DNA of 32,627 bases from Pseudomonadota bacterium (lineage in GTDB: Bacteria; Pseudomonadota; Gammaproteobacteria; Steroidobacterales; Steroidobacteraceae): NCBI GenBank assembly GCA_021838065.1, contig JAKCEJ010000001.1, positions 1 to 32,627 of the forward strand, read 5' to 3'. The position numbers were made by a program, and so were the translations under genes. The notes beneath the pieces were generated by a model. The model worked only from the letters and a program-made list of their open reading frames with translations, was not told where the DNA came from and ran no database searches. The number at the start of each line of letters is the position of its first letter. Within the stretch, counting starts at the first letter, position 1. This document shows positions 30,055-32,627 of this stretch, one piece after another.

Positions 30055-31830
30055 ATGCGCGAGACCCCCACGCCGGCCGGCGCCGCCCCACCGATCCCCT
30101 GGGCGCGCCTTGCGCCGCGCTGGATTCCGGCGCTGGCGAGGCTGCGCCGCATCCGCGAGCAGGTGCGCCACGCGGCGGATCCCTACACGCTCGCCGAACA
30201 GGCGCTGCGCGCGCTCAAGGTTGAGGTTCTGACGGAGCACAGCGCGGAGCAGATTCCTGCGAGCGGCGCGGTGATCGTCACTGCGAACCATCCGTTCGGT
30301 GGCCTCGACGGCCTGGCGGCCATTGCCATCGTGGGGCGCAGGCGGCGGGATCTGCGGATCCTGGCCAACGCGCAGCTCGCCCGACTCGAAGAGCTGAGCC
30401 CGCTCGTCATTCCGGTTGACCCGTTTGGCGGCCCGCAGGCCGTGCGCGCCAACGGGCGAGGGGTGCGAGCGGCGTTGCGCTGGCTCGCCAGCGGCGGCGC
30501 CCTGCTGCTGTTCCCCGCTGGCGAGGTATCGCATCTGCGCCTCGAGAGCGGGACGGTCACCGACCCGCCCTGGAGCGCGACTGCGGCCCGGCTGGTGCGT
30601 CGCGCGGGCGTGCGGGTGATGCCGATGTTCATCTCCGGGTCCAACAGCACGCTGTTTCAGATCGCGGGCCTGGTGCATCCGCGGCTACGGACGGCACTGT
30701 TGCCGAACGAGCTGGCCAACAAAGCCGGCATGCGCGTCGAGTTGCGCATCGGTTCCGCAATTTCACCCGAACGCTGCCGGCGCATCGGGTCCGATTCGCA
30801 CCTGGCCGCGTTTCTGCGCCTCAGCGCCTACCGTTTGCAGCCAGGTTACGCGCCGTGCCGGACGCACACCGCGCTCCCCGAGCCGATCGCCCCGCCGATT
30901 GAAACCGGCGTGCTGCGCCGCGAAATCGCGGCGCTCTCGCCGGACTCGCTCCTGGCGAGCGCCGGGTCTTTGCGGGTGCACCTGGCCACGGCGCGGCAGA
31001 TTCCCCAGACTCTCCTGGAGCTCGGTCGCGCGCGCGAGATCACATTCCGGGCGGCGGGCGAAGGGACCGGCCGGGCGCGCGATCTGGATCGGTTCGATGC
31101 CCAGTACGAGCACCTGATTTTGTGGGACGAGCCGGCAGGGCGCATCGCCGGCGCATATCGCCTGGCCCGCACCGACGTGATCAGCCGCACTTTGGGGCGC
31201 GAGGGGCTCTACAGCTCGACGCTGTTCGATTACGGCGCGCTGTTCCTGCGGCTGTTGGGTCCCGCGCTCGAGCTCGGCCGCTCGTTCGTGGGCCTGGATT
31301 ACCAGAAGAGCTTCGCCGCCCTGATGCTCCTCTGGAAGGGCATCGCCGAATATGTCGGTCGCAATCCCCGCTACACCCGGCTGATCGGGCCGGTCAGCGT
31401 CAGCAGCGACTATCAGCCGCTCACCCGCGAGCTGTTGGTCGCCTTTCTGCGCGCCCGCGGCTACGATCCTCTGGCCGCGGGCATTCGCGCCAAGCGGCCG
31501 TTCCGCTCCCGCCTGTCGCTACGCACCCTCGGGCTCGACCCGCGCTGTGCGCGCGGTATCGACGGGCTCTCGGAAGTGATCGCCGGTCTCGAGCCGGACG
31601 GCAAGGGAGTGCCGGTGCTGTTGCGTCATTACCTGCGTCTCGGCGGCCGCATGCTCGCATTCAATATCGACGCCGCGTTCGCAGACGCCATCGACTGCCT
31701 TATCCTGGTGGACCTGCGGTCAGTCGGCCCGAAGGTGCTGCGCAGGTACATGAGCCCGCCCGCCTGGGAGGCCTTCAGCCGCTGCCACTGCCGGCGCGCG
31801 GCCTGCACGCCGGCAGATCAGGCCGCCTGA
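30055..31830 (+). CDS. Two-domain acyltransferase: N-terminal PlsC-type O-acyltransferase + C-terminal OlsB-like GNAT N-acyltransferase (OlsF-like aminolipid synthase)
   Basis: I prefer ATG 30055 (GGAG at 30045-30048, 6-nt spacing); the track start GTG 30028 and ATG 30034 are in-frame alternatives. N-terminal domain: VTANHPFGGLDG (H..D acyltransferase motif) and LLLFPAGEVSH. C-terminal domain: EITFRAAGEGTGRARDLDRFDAQYEHLILWD...GAYRLARTD...LELGRSFV...YQKSF, as in OlsB/Acetyltransf_5-type N-acyl amino acid synthases. Confidence 0.75.
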   Translation: MRETPTPAGAAPPIPWARLAPRWIPALARLRRIREQVRHAADPYTLAEQALRALKVEVLTEHSAEQIPASGAVIVTANHPFGGLDGLAAIAIVGRRRRDLRILANAQLARLEELSPLVIPVDPFGGPQAVRANGRGVRAALRWLASGGALLLFPAGEVSHLRLESGTVTDPPWSATAARLVRRAGVRVMPMFISGSNSTLFQIAGLVHPRLRTALLPNELANKAGMRVELRIGSAISPERCRRIGSDSHLAAFLRLSAYRLQPGYAPCRTHTALPEPIAPPIETGVLRREIAALSPDSLLASAGSLRVHLATARQIPQTLLELGRAREITFRAAGEGTGRARDLDRFDAQYEHLILWDEPAGRIAGAYRLARTDVISRTLGREGLYSSTLFDYGALFLRLLGPALELGRSFVGLDYQKSFAALMLLWKGIAEYVGRNPRYTRLIGPVSVSSDYQPLTRELLVAFLRARGYDPLAAGIRAKRPFRSRLSLRTLGLDPRCARGIDGLSEVIAGLEPDGKGVPVLLRHYLRLGGRMLAFNIDAAFADAIDCLILVDLRSVGPKVLRRYMSPPAWEAFSRCHCRRAACTPADQAA

Positions 31831-31937
31831 GCCGCACTACCAAGCTCAAGCTCGCGCTCGAAGTGTGCACCGTTCCTGCCGCCGGACCGCCACTTCAGGC
31901 AAACTGTCGGCCCTTTCAGGCAGCGAAGGTCTGAGCC

Positions 31938-32627
31938 ATGTGCGGAATCGTCGGCGCGATTGCCGAGCGTAATATCGTCCCGGTCCTGATCGAGGGCCTG
32001 CGCCGCCTCGAGTACCGCGGCTACGATTCCGCCGGCCTTGCGGTGATCGATGCCGGCAGGCTCGCACGGGTGCGCACGGTCGGCAAGGTGAAGAACCTCA
32101 TGGAGGCACTCGAGTCCGTCCCGGCCGCGGGCGCGACCGGCATCGCCCATACCCGCTGGGCCACGCACGGCGTCCCGAGCGAGCGCAATGCGCATCCGCA
32201 CGTCTCCCTCGAGGGGCTTGCGATCGTCCACAACGGCATCATCGAGAACCACGAAGCGCTGCGTGCCGACCTCGAGCGGCGCGGCTACCGCTTCACCTCG
32301 GAGACCGACACCGAAGTCATCGCGCACCGCATCCATTTTCACGTGCAGCAGCAGCACGACCTGTTCAAGGCGGTACGCGCCACGGTCGCGGAGCTCGAGG
32401 GCGCCTATGCGCTCGCGGTAGTCAGCGAGCAGGACCCGGAGTGCTTGGTGGCGGCCCGCGAGGGCTGCCCGGTGGTCATCGGTCTCGGCGTCGAGGAGAA
32501 CTTCGTCGCCTCGGATGTCGCGGCGTTGCTGCCGGTCACCCGCCGCTTCATGTTTCTCGAGGAGGGGGACGTCGCCGAGATACGCCGCAAGACCGTGCGC
32601 GTCGTGGATGCGGACGGCCAGGACAGC
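31938..32627 (+). CDS. glmS: Glutamine--fructose-6-phosphate aminotransferase (N-terminal 230 codons; runs off the window end)
   Basis: I translated by hand from ATG 31938: [36 protein letters not shown]...[11 protein letters not shown]...HPH...VHNGIIENH... This is an Ntn amidotransferase with Cys2. It is absent from the ORF track because there is no stop in the window. Confidence 0.95.
   Translation, partial: MCGIVGAIAERNIVPVLIEGLRRLEYRGYDSAGLAVIDAGRLARVRTVGKVKNLMEALESVPAAGATGIAHTRWATHGVPSERNAHPHVSLEGLAIVHNGIIENHEALRADLERRGYRFTSETDTEVIAHRIHFHVQQQHDLFKAVRATVAELEGAYALAVVSEQDPECLVAAREGCPVVIGLGVEENFVASDVAALLPVTRRFMFLEEGDVAEIRRKTVRVVDADGQDS

Noticed and set aside
31831-31937. glmS ribozyme / riboswitch upstream of glmS
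   Set aside because: The spacer is only ~107 nt and lacks the conserved glmS ribozyme core. That element is characteristic of Gram-positive bacteria, not proteobacteria.
32335-32350. Best full-length parS-like 16-mer in the window, ATTTTCACGTGCAGCA (12/16 to TGTTTCACGTGAAACA)
   Set aside because: It has four mismatches, including loss of the right-arm symmetry. It lies inside the conserved glmS coding sequence, so it is probably coincidental.

Overview
This is a very GC-rich (about 70% by eye), densely coding chromosomal segment from a proteobacterium, gammaproteobacterial by gene content and order. Nearly all of it is recognisable housekeeping DNA.

Gene order, left to right:
- ybbP-ybbA (-) and tesA (+)
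- a lipoprotein with a methyltransferase fold (+)
- a long minus-strand string: MFS transporter, POT peptide transporter, tatC, tatB, tatA, dtd
- a dihaem cytochrome c4 (+) converging on a DegP/HtrA protease (-)
- an MBL-fold hydrolase (-) diverging from a secreted S9-peptidase-fold protein (+)
- an OmpR/QseBC-type two-component pair (-)
- rsmG (+), then an Lrp-family regulator (-) diverging from leucine dehydrogenase (+)
- parA-parB, then the full atpIBEFHAGDC operon and glmU
- a CHAD-domain gene (-) diverging from a two-domain OlsF-like acyltransferase (+)
- the 5' part of glmS

I found no rRNA or tRNA genes, no CRISPR array, no transposase or integrase, no phage genes and no recognisable defence or toxin system. 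I cannot point to a convincing new multi-gene system in this window.

The items worth a second look are modest:
1. The S9-fold periplasmic protein appears to have lost its catalytic Ser and His.
2. A CHAD gene and an OlsF-like aminolipid synthase gene sit between glmU and glmS.
3. A SAM-methyltransferase-fold protein carries a lipoprotein signal.
4. ParA has a 67-aa low-complexity C-terminal tail.
5. A cluster of half-parS-like TTTCAC motifs lies between parB and a good atp promoter.
6. A few small repeat and structure motifs occur in intergenic spacers.

The many long ORFs antisense to known genes are treated as high-GC artefacts. The ORF track counts GTG and TTG as starts, so several start coordinates were re-picked by reading the DNA.
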